Positions 22,914 through 34,359 of a DNA stretch of 64,000 nt are shown in pieces. A program made the position numbers and the translations under genes. Source of the stretch: Convolutriloba macropyga. Lineage: Eukaryota. Position 1 is the stretch's first letter. Every line of letters starts with the position of its first letter. Under the pieces are notes generated by a model, which saw nothing but the letters and a program-made list of their open reading frames with translations, was not told the DNA's origin and ran no database searches. The stretch is taken from assembly GCF_964194025.1 (NCBI RefSeq), contig NC_134481.1, positions 47,988,001-48,052,000 on the forward strand. Direction: 5' to 3'.

Positions 22914-23994
22914 ATAGTTTAATGAATATTTAAATGGATTCAGCTTACCTTGTGTTTGTTGAAATGTTGAATGAAAAGGATAAATGAACGACTTGCGACA
23001 AATATGGAAAAAGTTGTGAAAGAAGTTATGAAATTATTCAAAACTTGTTTAGTTATTGAGGAATTTGAATTTCTCTTTTAAGATAGAATATTTTCAGTCT
23101 TAAGACTAAATTTTGTTTGTGATTTAGAGTTTTCAGCTTAGCTGAGTTTTTTCACAATTTTTTGAGGTTTTTTAAACAAATTTAACGGTTGTTGTTTTTG
23201 CGAAGCAAAATTAGAATTGTGATTTTTACTTTCCTTTCGAAGGCTCTCTACAATGTTGGTGACATTTTCATATCTTCCGTTTTTCATATTTTGGATTTTA
23301 AGTTGTCAATTTTAGTAATTACTGGGTCCAATTATGGTGTTAGTTTCCTCGTTTGATGAATTGGACTTTTCTGTAATTGTTCCGATGCTCTTTGTTCTCG
23401 AGGTTTTTGTTTTCCTTGTAATTGGTATGTTGACATTTGTTTGATGGTGTGATGGTATGCTTTCAGCATGGTATGTTTAGTCTTTCCTGGTGCCAATTAT
23501 ATGGTATCAATAGAGTTGGTCTGTTGTTTTTATGTTCATAATGCCATATCTATTGTTCTGAAGTAATCTCTGTCATCATTAGAAAGGCTCGTTAACGATG
23601 GTTAGTGGCGCTTGCGGGTGGTGGTTAGTGGTGCCAGTTATCATCAGCTTGGTACTTTTTGTTCCAATTAGCTGTATGGTATATTTGTTGTATACCTTTG
23701 ATGGTGCAATTCTGCAGATGGTGCAACTCTGCAAATTGTTAATTATTGACGTAGATGAAATGTTTATTTCATCTGCTAATGGTCTTGGTAAGACCTGTCT
23801 TGTTTAATCACCGTTGTGTTAGGTGAAAATGTTAATTGGTTTACCCTTTGTATTTTGTTACTAATTGCGTCTGCATGGAGACTGTTTGTCTCTGACGTGT
23901 GTCGTTTAAGATATCTTTGTTCATTATTGATGGTGTCAATTTGGTACTTTCTTCTCTTTAATTGGTTTTAGTTTTAGTTTGGGTTTCTAAAGAT

Positions 23995-24141
23995 AACGTC
24001 CGTTTCGTTACTAATGATGTCTGTGACATTTCAGTTATTGACGTCCGTTAAATAATAACGTCCGTATTTTCACTAATGAGTTGTATAATGTCCGCATTTT
24101 GCACTAATGAGTTGAATAGCGTCCGTTTTTCACTAATGAGG
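23995..24141. promoter_or_regulatory. Array of four CGTCCG-N(6-8)-ACTAATGA units, ~30-bp period; enhancer-like
   Basis: acgtccgtttcgttactaatga; acgtccgtattttcactaatgag; atgtccgcattttgcactaatgag; gcgtccgtttttcactaatgag; one extra acgtccgt at ~24041. Confidence 0.55.
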
Positions 24142-25983
24142 TTTATGACGTGTTAGTTACTGACGTATGTAAAAGTTATGCAGATTGGTTTGCAAAAGTG
24201 TGTAGAACGTTCATATTATCGAAGATTTCTTAGCCGAAGTATTCAGATGTATCATGGGTTTTATGTGGTTAATATACAGAGGTATGTTCTGATTGTAATG
24301 AAATGGAAATGTTTGTTTATGTTTTAGATCTGATCTCTGGTGTTTATGATGCAGGAAATTATGAGATGATGGGGTGGTAACAGATTCTGTATTTATTATT
24401 TCGTATGGACGAAATTATTCGTTATAGTTGGAAATTGTTATTTGTTGAATATTGTTGCTGAAAGTTGTTACGTACTTATTCGGTTTATTTGCTTATTCGT
24501 CTAATCGACACATTAATGAAGTTATTCCGCATGTTACTTTACGCTCATTATTTTGTAACTTCCGCTTTTTTCGTTTACACTTGTCATTATGCTACGGTGT
24601 ATATTAATTGTATTTTGTATCGTTATTTTAATTAGTTCTTTTTCCTTATTTTCATTATTTTCCACTGTGATTAGTCATCGCTAATATCCTTTTTCTATCT
24701 GTAGTCCTTAAATGGGATACGTTATTAAGATTGTTAACAATCTCAAAATATCTATTCCATTCCGCGAGGTGGATATGTGCATGATCCTTTGTGGTCAAGA
24801 TCATTTATTAATAGTTTGATTATTTGTTATTTTGATTTATTGACTTTTTGTTTGCTTTGTTTACTGTTAATATCAACTATCTCATAACGTCTATTCCAGT
24901 TTTAAGCTTCTGAACATAAAAAAAATAATAAACCGTTTGTTATTTGAATTTTGTTTTTGCTTTCTTGTTTATATGAGAATTTACCCTGTGTGTTAATCTT
25001 CAGTGGGGTTTCATGGGCTACTATCAATACCCATCTGTTTTAGTATATCCAGTTCGGATATTTTCATTTATTTATGTGTTTATTTGATTATTTGTTCTTT
25101 GTTTATTGTTCTGATGATGGAGATGGATGATGGCCATTATGAATGTGGATTAAGATGGTGGAGATGTATACTGTTGTCAGTTAGTACAGACTCTTCGGTT
25201 TTTGTACTTTCATCAGTACAGAGGTGTATTCAGTGATCGTGTGTGTGCCGTTAACAAACTGAGATGTATTTCTTTAACTGTTTTATATTTTTATCCCTTT
25301 TTGTTTTTAGAAATCTTTCCCATGTTACTAAAAGGTGTGAACGGTAGGCAATATAACATTTATTAATGGTTGGATAATATAGCATTTGTTAAAATCTTAA
25401 TTATGGGTCTTGCATCAAATGAAATGAAATAGTTAAATTACATTGGTATTATGTGGTTTTAACTATAGGTTAGAGGTTAGTTGGAGGTTAGGTGGATTTG
25501 AGCACCTTTTAGTATTGTTCTTTATATATCTGTTCTGTTTGTTATTTATATTGTTTATGTACTTTTTTAATTTATATGTCCTTTTGTATGTTTTGATTTT
25601 ATTGGGGGGGGGGTTATGACACACTAGGTTCGGGTTAGGTGGGAAAGTGTGTCTTGTATAAATACCAAACGTATGAAACATATTATGAAAAAAGAAAAAA
25701 AAATGTTGGATATAAATTGTAGAAATACTAAACACTATTTAGGTGTTGTATTGAATGAAAAGAATATTTTACAGCTAATATGCGCTAATATGGCTGTGGT
25801 AGTATATTAGTTGTTGAGTTGATAATCTTTCCACTTTAGATTATTACAATAGCTGTAGTTTGACAAACCATTTGAGGAGTAACAAACTGTATATTCTAAT
25901 CGAAGGTAGTGCTGTAATCGTATTAATACTGTTATTATTATCAATATTATTATTATTATTATTATTACTTATAATAAAATTGA

Positions 25984-28104
25984 CTAATAAAGTTGGGGAA
26001 TTGTTATTTTCTTCTTTCGAAGATTGTAATTATGAGATTGTGTGATCCCATCAGGTGGTGTATATTGTTTTGTTGGTGTTTGTGTATTGGGTTGTTTTAG
26101 CGTTGGGATTTCTTTCGTTAATAAATAATTTTGTAATTCTAATTTAATATGTTTTTCTTTCGGAAAGTATGGTACAATATGATTTCTATGTAGTGTAATG
26201 TGTTTATTAGTGTTGTCCTTCAGTATGTAGGTTGTTTCTGTAGGCTTATCAATAATTAAATATGGTCCCGTTTTTAGAGGTATTAATTTCTTTGATACTC
26301 CGTCAATCTGTTGTTGATTTGTGATCAAGACGAATGTGTTTTTATCAAGTGGTTTCGCCGTTCTGAACCGTGAATTTAATTCATCAGTTAACTTTTTTCT
26401 ATTTCTTAATATCGTTGTTATTGTTTGATATGTATCATTATAATGTTTTTCTTTATCAAGAAACCATTTTGCGAATGTTCCGTTTTGTAGTTTTGCTATT
26501 TTGGGGTGACTGAATTGTTTATCTAAGTGAGTATGAGTGGGTTGTGTATTGCATGCGCTTGTTCTTGTTGGGTTACAGTTTCCCATCTCGTCTGTAGTTG
26601 TTCCAAGTTTAATCTTTGTTGGTTTTCTAGGTTTTTGATTGAAAACTACTTCATAAGGTGACATGCCTAATCTTGTCTGGTATTGGGTATTATATGCATA
26701 CGGAAAGAATTTTGCTTTTCTAGACCAATTTTGGTACTTTTCGTTGAGTAATGTCCTTATAAATTGTCCAATTATTCTATTAGTTCCTTCTACTAATCCG
26801 TTTGTCCAAGGTGCATATGTTGTGCTTGGTTTAAATTTGATTTCGAAATAATTACAAAGATGTGTTAATTCTGTATTTATATATTCCGATCCGTTATCGG
26901 AACGAATTTCTTCGGGTAGTCCGAATTTCATAAACCAATGTTCAAATAATGCTGTAACTGCGTAGTGTGCATTGTTCTGAGGCGCACACATTATTGTTAC
27001 GTAATGCGAGAATGCATCTACTATCACAAAAATAAAATTGTTTCCTTCAGATGTAGGATGTATTGGACCTTTTGTGTCTATCATAATCATTTCATTAAAG
27101 TATGTTTTTGTAGGTGCTAATTGTTCTTGTTTACTTTTCGTTTTTGTGTTAGCGAAAACTTTGTTTGTTTGACATTGTATGCAGTCTGCGATCAGTATCT
27201 TGATCCAAGTTGTTAAGTTTGGGAAATAATATTTTTCCATTATGTTTCTTTTTGTTTTTTCAAGTCCCGTGTGACCAACTGTATCTACGCAATGGTTTTC
27301 GTAGAAAACACATAGTAGTAATGTTAGTGGCAAACAGATTCTTTGTATTGTTTGTTTCTTTATTCGGATAATCATTTTCATTATGTTTGTTTTTTCGTCA
27401 ATAGTAATTGACTTAAACTTTCTGTAATATGCGAATAGACCTTTATTTCCACGTATGTCCATTGTTACTGAATGTGGTTTATTGTTATTTTTCTTCCACA
27501 TTTTGACTTTATGAAGTACTGGGTCTATTATTTGTGTTTCCTTAATCAATTCTTCTGTTACTTTTGTTTTTTCATCATAGAAAATATCTGTTATTTTTGC
27601 ATGTTCGAAATTATGTTCTTGTTTCACATTGTTGATTAATCTAAGATAATCATCGTCGTGATGGGTTATGTATGGTCCTTTTTGGTTTTTCTCTATGATT
27701 AAGTCATCTTTTTCAATGATTGGTGATTGCCAGTTTTTTGTTTTTGGTTTGTATTTCGGTACTAAATTTGTTTTTGTTTCAGTATTATATTTTTCATATG
27801 ATATCGGATGGTATTCGTTTTTATCAATATTAATTTCAAAGTAGTTGTTATGTATATTGGCTAGAACTGGATAATGTGTTGTGTCTTTGTTATCGTTGTT
27901 TGTATTGTTACAAATACTGTATTTACATTCTAGATTATTTGCAAATGGTGATTTCGCAAAGAAGAATTTTATGTTTTCAGGTATTTCCACTGTAATATCA
28001 CGTGTTTTTGTAAAATGTTCTTCATCTATTGTTCTACTTAGTAGGTCTGGTAAAGCTAAGTTTTTTCCTTCAGTCCATATGATATGTAAGTTAGGAAATT
28101 TCAT
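25984..28104 (-). CDS. pol: Gypsy pol, 3' part: end of RNase H, long spacer, integrase (HHCC, DDE core, GPY/F)
   Basis: GKNLALPDLLSR (RH end); H..GHTG..CIQC; MIDTKGP, IVDAFSHY, IRSDNGSEY, NGLVEGTNR; KTGPYLI..LHRNHIVPY; terminal YNLR. Confidence 0.95.
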   Translation of the reverse strand: MKFPNLHIIWTEGKNLALPDLLSRTIDEEHFTKTRDITVEIPENIKFFFAKSPFANNLECKYSICNNTNNDNKDTTHYPVLANIHNNYFEINIDKNEYHPISYEKYNTETKTNLVPKYKPKTKNWQSPIIEKDDLIIEKNQKGPYITHHDDDYLRLINNVKQEHNFEHAKITDIFYDEKTKVTEELIKETQIIDPVLHKVKMWKKNNNKPHSVTMDIRGNKGLFAYYRKFKSITIDEKTNIMKMIIRIKKQTIQRICLPLTLLLCVFYENHCVDTVGHTGLEKTKRNIMEKYYFPNLTTWIKILIADCIQCQTNKVFANTKTKSKQEQLAPTKTYFNEMIMIDTKGPIHPTSEGNNFIFVIVDAFSHYVTIMCAPQNNAHYAVTALFEHWFMKFGLPEEIRSDNGSEYINTELTHLCNYFEIKFKPSTTYAPWTNGLVEGTNRIIGQFIRTLLNEKYQNWSRKAKFFPYAYNTQYQTRLGMSPYEVVFNQKPRKPTKIKLGTTTDEMGNCNPTRTSACNTQPTHTHLDKQFSHPKIAKLQNGTFAKWFLDKEKHYNDTYQTITTILRNRKKLTDELNSRFRTAKPLDKNTFVLITNQQQIDGVSKKLIPLKTGPYLIIDKPTETTYILKDNTNKHITLHRNHIVPYFPKEKHIKLELQNYLLTKEIPTLKQPNTQTPTKQYTPPDGITQSHNYNLRKKKITIPQLY

Positions 28105-30020
28105 ATTAGTATCAATTGAAATCTGTAAACTCTATGGTTTGGTTTATTCTTTTGTATAAAGAGGTAAATGATTAGCTTGTGGTCTGTAAATAAAATTATT
28201 GGGTGATTTGAACCTGTTAATAAGAATTCGTATTCTGTGAGTGCGAAAATGATCGCTGAACATTCTCTAATTAGTGTAGATAATCTCATTTCAATCGGTG
28301 TGAAAAGTCTAGAATTTGCTGAAATTAGTCGCATTTTCTTTTCAGTTGGATGTTGTTGCAGTAGTGCTGCTCCAATGCTTGTGTTGGATGCATCTGTTAT
28401 AATGTAAAATGGTTTTGTTGTATCCGGTATTGTTAATTCTAGGTTGTGTGTTATTGTCTTTTTCATTTGTTCAAATATTTTTTGATGTTCTTTAGTCCAT
28501 TTGAAATCATTTTCTTTGTGTAGTAGATTGTATAATGGTTGTAATATTGGTTGCATTCCGTATACGTATTTGGCTAAAAAATTTATTGTTCCTAGGTATC
28601 GTTGTAAAGCTTTCATACTTGTTGGAGGTTCCAGTTTTTGGAATCCATCAATTCGTGATGTAAGTGGTTTTACTTTTTTGTCTTCGATGATATGACCTAA
28701 AAATTTTACTTTCTTTAACATGAAGTATGTTTTATCAGGTGCTGCTTTTAAGTTCTCTTTAAGCAGTACTTTGTGATATTCAATCAATGTCTCGAACATT
28801 TGTTCGTAAGAGTTTGTTTGAATAAAAATATCATCCACATAGGTGATGACTGTTCCTTTTCTAATTAAAGGGTAAAGGAAATGTGTTAAAATTGAAGCGA
28901 ATGCTGCTGGTCCGATTGATATTCCGTAAAATAATCTTTTGAAACAATATTGTTCGTTTCCAATTGTGAAATGTGTATATCGCATTGATTCTTCATCTAA
29001 TGGTATTTGGTTATATGCGCTATTAAGGTCTGCAGTTGTGAATATTGTTCCGTTTATTCTTGTTAAAGCTACATCAACTGGTTCAATTGGCCAGTTACAC
29101 TTTGATTCATCTATCATGCTGTTCAAATATCTTGCATCTATTACAATCTTTAAAGATTCTCCTTTTCGTAGTATTATTACCGGGTTTGTGAATGTGTTTC
29201 CTGTTGATAGTTGTTCTTTATTCACGGGTGCGATTATGTCATATTTTTTAAGAACATCTAACAGTTTTTGTATCCGTTCTCGAAGATGTATAGGTACTTT
29301 ACTTATTCTTTGTTTTTTGAATATTGCATCTTTTTTCATTGGTAAATTCAATTTTACTTTCGTTTTTCCTACGTCAAATTTTGTTGTTGCGTAGACTTGT
29401 TTATAGTCTAATATGATTTTTACTACTTTTTCAAATTCTTCTTGTGTTAAGTGTGAGTGTTGAAAATCAAACATTGTTATGAATTCTTTCTCTTGTTCTG
29501 AATATTTGTTAATGTTAAACTTGCATTTGAAGTTTGGTTTTCTTTCAAATGTTGCAACTTGTTCAATAGTTTCGTTTTCTTTGATGTTTAATATTTCTTC
29601 AATATCGTTTTCATTTTCGTATGTCAGATGGTACAGTGCTTGGAATAAGTCGATAGAGTTTGTGTAGTATAGTTCGTTATCTTGTTTTTTGAAGTTAATA
29701 TTCCTGTTCATGAAACCAATGAGTCCTGTATTTATTGTTATTCGATGTCTGTTTTTGTTGATCAATAGTATATCCATAAAGTATTCTTCGTCTGAGGAAA
29801 AATCTTTTATATCTGTAAATGATACGTTATGATATTTGTTTATTGGTTCGAAATAGAATTTCGATTTCTGTATTGTTTTATCATTTGAATGTTTCATTTG
29901 TTTAAATATTGGTATTGGAAATGTTATGCTTTTTTGTTGATTTGGTTCTATATAGATTGTTTCTCTATTAATGATTGTGTATAATCGGGAGTAGTAAGGA
30001 TAACCTTTAGTACTATTCAT
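28101..30020 (-). CDS. pol: Gypsy pol, 5' part: reverse transcriptase and RNase H (truncated by gap; frameshifted relative to the integrase ORF)
   Basis: NPVIILRK, IVIDARYLN, TADLNSAYNQI, RLFYGISIGPAAF, YVDD (28841-28830), FLGHII, ITDASN..GAALLQ, RECSAIIFAL, FTDHK. Confidence 0.96.
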   Translation of the reverse strand: MNSTKGYPYYSRLYTIINRETIYIEPNQQKSITFPIPIFKQMKHSNDKTIQKSKFYFEPINKYHNVSFTDIKDFSSDEEYFMDILLINKNRHRITINTGLIGFMNRNINFKKQDNELYYTNSIDLFQALYHLTYENENDIEEILNIKENETIEQVATFERKPNFKCKFNINKYSEQEKEFITMFDFQHSHLTQEEFEKVVKIILDYKQVYATTKFDVGKTKVKLNLPMKKDAIFKKQRISKVPIHLRERIQKLLDVLKKYDIIAPVNKEQLSTGNTFTNPVIILRKGESLKIVIDARYLNSMIDESKCNWPIEPVDVALTRINGTIFTTADLNSAYNQIPLDEESMRYTHFTIGNEQYCFKRLFYGISIGPAAFASILTHFLYPLIRKGTVITYVDDIFIQTNSYEQMFETLIEYHKVLLKENLKAAPDKTYFMLKKVKFLGHIIEDKKVKPLTSRIDGFQKLEPPTSMKALQRYLGTINFLAKYVYGMQPILQPLYNLLHKENDFKWTKEHQKIFEQMKKTITHNLELTIPDTTKPFYIITDASNTSIGAALLQQHPTEKKMRLISANSRLFTPIEMRLSTLIRECSAIIFALTEYEFLLTGSNHPIILFTDHKLIIYLFIQKNKPNHRVYRFQLILI

Positions 30021-30023
30021 GTA

Positions 30024-30223
30024 NNNNNNNNNNNNNNNNNNNNNNNNNNNNNNNNNNNNNNNNNNNNNNNNNNNNNNNNNNNNNNNNNNNNNNNNNNNNN
30101 NNNNNNNNNNNNNNNNNNNNNNNNNNNNNNNNNNNNNNNNNNNNNNNNNNNNNNNNNNNNNNNNNNNNNNNNNNNNNNNNNNNNNNNNNNNNNNNNNNNN
30201 NNNNNNNNNNNNNNNNNNNNNNN
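30024..30223. other. Assembly gap separating the Gypsy pol from unrelated sequence (other gaps at 37213-37570, 53678-53828, 55520-55674)
   Basis: Runs of N. Confidence 1.
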
Positions 30224-31399
30224 TGCTGATTTACTATGTAAGGACACGTGCTCTGTATCTGGGGGCTGCCAAACGTACGGGGGGTGGGAGAATAAACGGA
30301 AATCAGGGATGTCCAATAAACCAAGAGTATATATTTGGGTTGTGCAAATAGACTTGCTATGTAAGGCTAGGGGAAGAGCAATTACAGAAAAGAGCCGATA
30401 AGTGTAGGTTGAAAATTAATTCTATGCGTTTCAAAAACAACTACCATTTCCTTAACGGTGAATTTATTAAATCAGATACAGCAAAGCAGCGCGTGTTTTT
30501 TTCAAACCCCAACAGGTTTTGCAATCTTTTAGCACCTTACTTGCGTGTCAGTGACAAGTATATGAAAACTGAATATGACAAACCTTGGGGTTCAGGGTCA
30601 AAAATTTAGATTAAAAATAAATTTATTACCTGATTTATGGCTGACGCAAGGTTGATAGGTGTCAAGAAAACAACAAAGTCATTTGAGCAGACGAAGCTCG
30701 GGCTTCGAGCAGTAATAAAAAACTGACATAACATTGTTGTCTTGGTTAATTTACCACGGCGACGGAACCGATATTTGGCACTGACTAAAGAAAATTTTCA
30801 TTGACAGTAGACACCAATGGTGAACTGGCGGCTGCTATACGTGGACGTCATCCGGAAAATTATCTATCCTGTTTTGCCCAGCGCCATTTTGTTGGCACAC
30901 AACTCGTACACTTCCAAATGCGATAATCTAATAAATAAACTTGTTGTTTTGCACCTCTGTTCAGATTATCTGAAATTAAAACATCAAGACGAGATGGTTC
31001 AAATTAAAAAAAACTCTGCAACCAAAGAGGGCAAAAAATGACAGCTATCATCTTGTGGAGTATACTGAGCCAGTGGTTGATGGGAATGACTGAATCATCT
31101 GGACAAACATCGGGGAGCCCAAACTCATCCCTAAAACTTTTCCACGGGGCCCTTCTTATGTGGTGTCGATGTTGTCCAGGAAAGAAGCGTTGCTGTGCTG
31201 TAGAAACTTGTGTTTAGTCGTGGAGGCTGACAGCGGTGAGAAATACAGCCACAGGAAAAAAGTGAGTTTTTTGGTGTGGATAACGGGCCAGATGAGGATG
31301 TCTTTGCAAAGGGGATAAGTGTAGCTGGGAAGGCCGGTGTCCTAATCATTTCAAATCATGTCAGTATATGTCATCGCTTAATAAGTGGAAGTAAAATGC

Positions 31400-33550
31400 C
31401 CAAAGCTGAAAACTGCCCATCTTGTAGATGTGGTTATAAACGCCACTTAATAAAGAAAATAGGAGTTTAAAAAATGAACACTAATATAATTGTTGATGAT
31501 GACTTGACCCCAATTAGTGCACAAGATAACTGGTAAGTTGAGGAAGACGAAAATTTTTGGTAATCTTAAATTTGATGAGAACAATTTTGTCTTTATGCGG
31601 GAGAATATTGTTCGACAATCTGTACAATTTCAAAAAGTTGAAGAATTAGCTTTTTTCTGATGTTCGTAAGAATCTACGAATGTTTGCTTTTTGATGCAAT
31701 GGGATATCTGACACATAAGATTCTGCATTGATGTTTTTTCAGTATGCTGTACTATTTTGAGACAGTTGTGGTGACGATGAACAATCTCAGAGATCTGAAA
31801 TTGAACACAAAAATTTGCACAATGTGGGAGAAAAATAAACAAAATTTACGCGCTGCTCATTTTAACTTTCAAAGGGTATCTAAAAAACGTCTGCAACTGA
31901 AATCTTTTGTTTACGGTATGGGCAAAATGCTATTGTGGTTATATCGGAAACTTATTTGACAGCACTTGATGAAACGTCCTTATCGAATCTAGTTCTCAAT
32001 ACTTTTGAACTCTTTAGATGCGATAGAAAAGCTATACAACTCAAAACAGAAACGGGGTGGTTAAAAGCTTTTTTATGACCCTGAGAATCGCTAGAAAACT
32101 AAGGGTTGTTTTTTGGTTTGATAAATCAAATTACGACTCATTGTTGATTGAATGTCTGTGAATTGTTTCAAATAACTGAATGTTTAAGATGCTTTTGAAT
32201 ATAACATACAACCCCCTCAACTTATAGCAGAATGAGTTCCGTGAGCGAATTATTGATTTTTATATGCAATTCATCTTGCACATCCATGTGTGGCATTCTA
32301 TTGGGTGATTATTACAAATGTCGCCTTAATCTTCGCAAAAAAATCTCGAGTCAGTTTTTCTGCTATTGAAATTTCCAATAGTTAGTGTAAATTTATCGAT
32401 GCGTATAAGTAAGACATCGAAAGCTCTCATTGATTGCATTTTAACTGAAATTGTTGCTGATTATAGAAGCTTTGTTCTTTACAGTCCTTTCAACACAGCC
32501 TTCTTTGGTTTTGTATTGTTTACCAGAATAAGCATAGGAAACCAAAAAAGCATCATGTTAACAAGATTCGGTATGAAAAATTATGATTAAATCTTCTTTT
32601 GCAAATCGTTGTCAGATATGCCTTGGTTCAATGTATAAGATTATTCAAATTTCAATATAATATTGAAAATGATTGTTTATTTTCTATCGAGTGCAGTGAA
32701 GAAGCAAGCCCTCCCTAAGAAAGTTTTTATAAAGAAAAGAGCTCCAAAACTGCTAAAGGAGACGTGGTTTGAAGGATAATGCAAAAGTTTACTGCGAGAA
32801 TAAGAAACAGCGTATGAAAAATTTTGTTTGATTTTATCGCTAGAAAACTGGTCAATATACAGTAAGCTCCGAATCAAATTGTCCAAAATATTGAAAAGAA
32901 AACAGGAGAAAACAGTAGAATTTCTATACAGTGTTCTCTCTTTCATTCTCTGCACGTGAATTTTTTACATAAAAACCTGCTTTACATCAACAAACATTGC
33001 GTTTAGGTTGGGCACAAAAAAGGAGGTTGAACAAGAACCGATCCGAGAAACCTTGTAAATAAAAAACGATAACCACCAGCATCTCCAAACCAATAGAAAA
33101 AACGTAAAACATTAAAGGTCCAAGATTCGACTTATGCCGAAGTCTATATAGTCTATATAGGAGAGGGGTTAAAAGGATTTTATTTACATATCTGACCAAC
33201 TAGTTAAAGCTCATCTGAAAACTTTTCGTAAGTCCACCCAAATATTATTTATATACAAAAATGTGTCAAACTAAAAAGATCCACTATCACCTGGGTTCAA
33301 ACTTGTGAATATCTTTAACAAAACGAATTAGTTGATGGTTAATCAATTGTGCTATATGTCTCTAACATTGTAGAATGTTGAAAACAAGACATAGCTACGA
33401 TTGGAGCATAATTCCTGAAGACATTTTTTGTCAATTAAACATACAGGCCACGTAGTATTTTTCAGTCAGATTCCAGGACCCGTTAGTGTTGTCTTATAAG
33501 TGATATCCAGCCACTTCCTATCAAAAGATGGCTGGATACCACTTTTTATA
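31400..33550 (+). pseudogene. Decayed LINE (CR1/L2-like): Cys-rich ORF1 remnant, APE endonuclease and RT start
   Basis: AAHFNFQRVSKKRLQLK (~31851; APE motif I), FELFRCDRK..GG (~32005), LIDCILT (~32425; IDY motif), CPSCRC (~31415). Confidence 0.6.
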
Positions 33551-34359
33551 CACTACTATTCTATCAATTGAAAAAAAAACAAATAAAAAAATTATTTACT
33601 GATTTTTTATCAACAAAAAATAATCAATTACTAAGAATAATTGATGATTCAGCCATAACAAGAAAATTCACTGAAAGATTCATAATAAAAAATTGTTTGT
33701 TTTTCAAAAAAGGTAAACACACACAACAAGTGTTCCCTGATAAAAAATCAAATAGTTACGCGCACATACTAAACAGCTAAAACAATTGAGAATGAATGAG
33801 AACTGGAACTCTGAATGATTGAATGAAAAGCTTCCAGTTCTGTCTTTGTACTAAATATAATAGCAAGATGTGAAGCTAAAATGAAACTTTTTTTATCTCA
33901 CCTGCCCTAGTCTTCGTATTTGAAGAGAGAAATAGTAGAAAGAAGGACTAGGTTACCTCCGTCAGAGTCATCAGCAAACGGTACCCAGACTTAGTGAAAA
34001 CCACGAAACGAAGGGATTCAAAAACCAAACTGACGGTACCTAAAAAGGAAAATCACTGCTGAGTGAGTACATGTATGAAAAAAATTGTAATGGGTATATT
34101 GTTGAAAAAAAATAAAGAAAAAATCAAGAGCGATGGAAACATTATGATCACAATTTAAAGAAAACTGAATCTGAAACCTAAAAAAATTGCAAAAAGAATA
34201 TAGTTAGAATAATTAAAATGAGTTAACTAGAAACACAAATAAAATTAAACAACCTAAAAAACAAACACAGACGAAATAAGTTGGAAAATAAAATAAACAA
34301 TATAAATATTATAGTAAAATAAAGCAAAGATTTCATCCGTTAACAAAATTTTAACTAAC

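Larger units (their letters stand above)
12180..30023 (-). mobile_element. Giant Ty3/Gypsy LTR retroelement with envelope and accessory genes (5' part lost at gap)
   Basis: RT-RH-IN domain order; all ORFs co-oriented on an A-rich minus strand; env-like ORF; candidate 3' LTR 12180-15278. Confidence 0.88.

Noticed and set aside
23995-24141. CRISPR-like array
   Set aside because: Eukaryotic context, degenerate repeats, no unique spacers of constant length, no cas genes.
28101-28104. Programmed stop-restart (ATGA) expression of integrase
   Set aside because: It would cut RNase H before its last conserved Asp (PDLLSR); a 2-nt insertion is simpler.
30013-30351. ORFs spanning N-runs (also 37100-37675, 53455-53868, 55335-55715)
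   Set aside because: Artefacts of translating gaps.
30224-31400. Continuation (gag/protease) of the giant Gypsy beyond the gap
   Set aside because: Strand skew and composition change abruptly, there is no minus-strand ORF, and LINE remnants follow on the plus strand.
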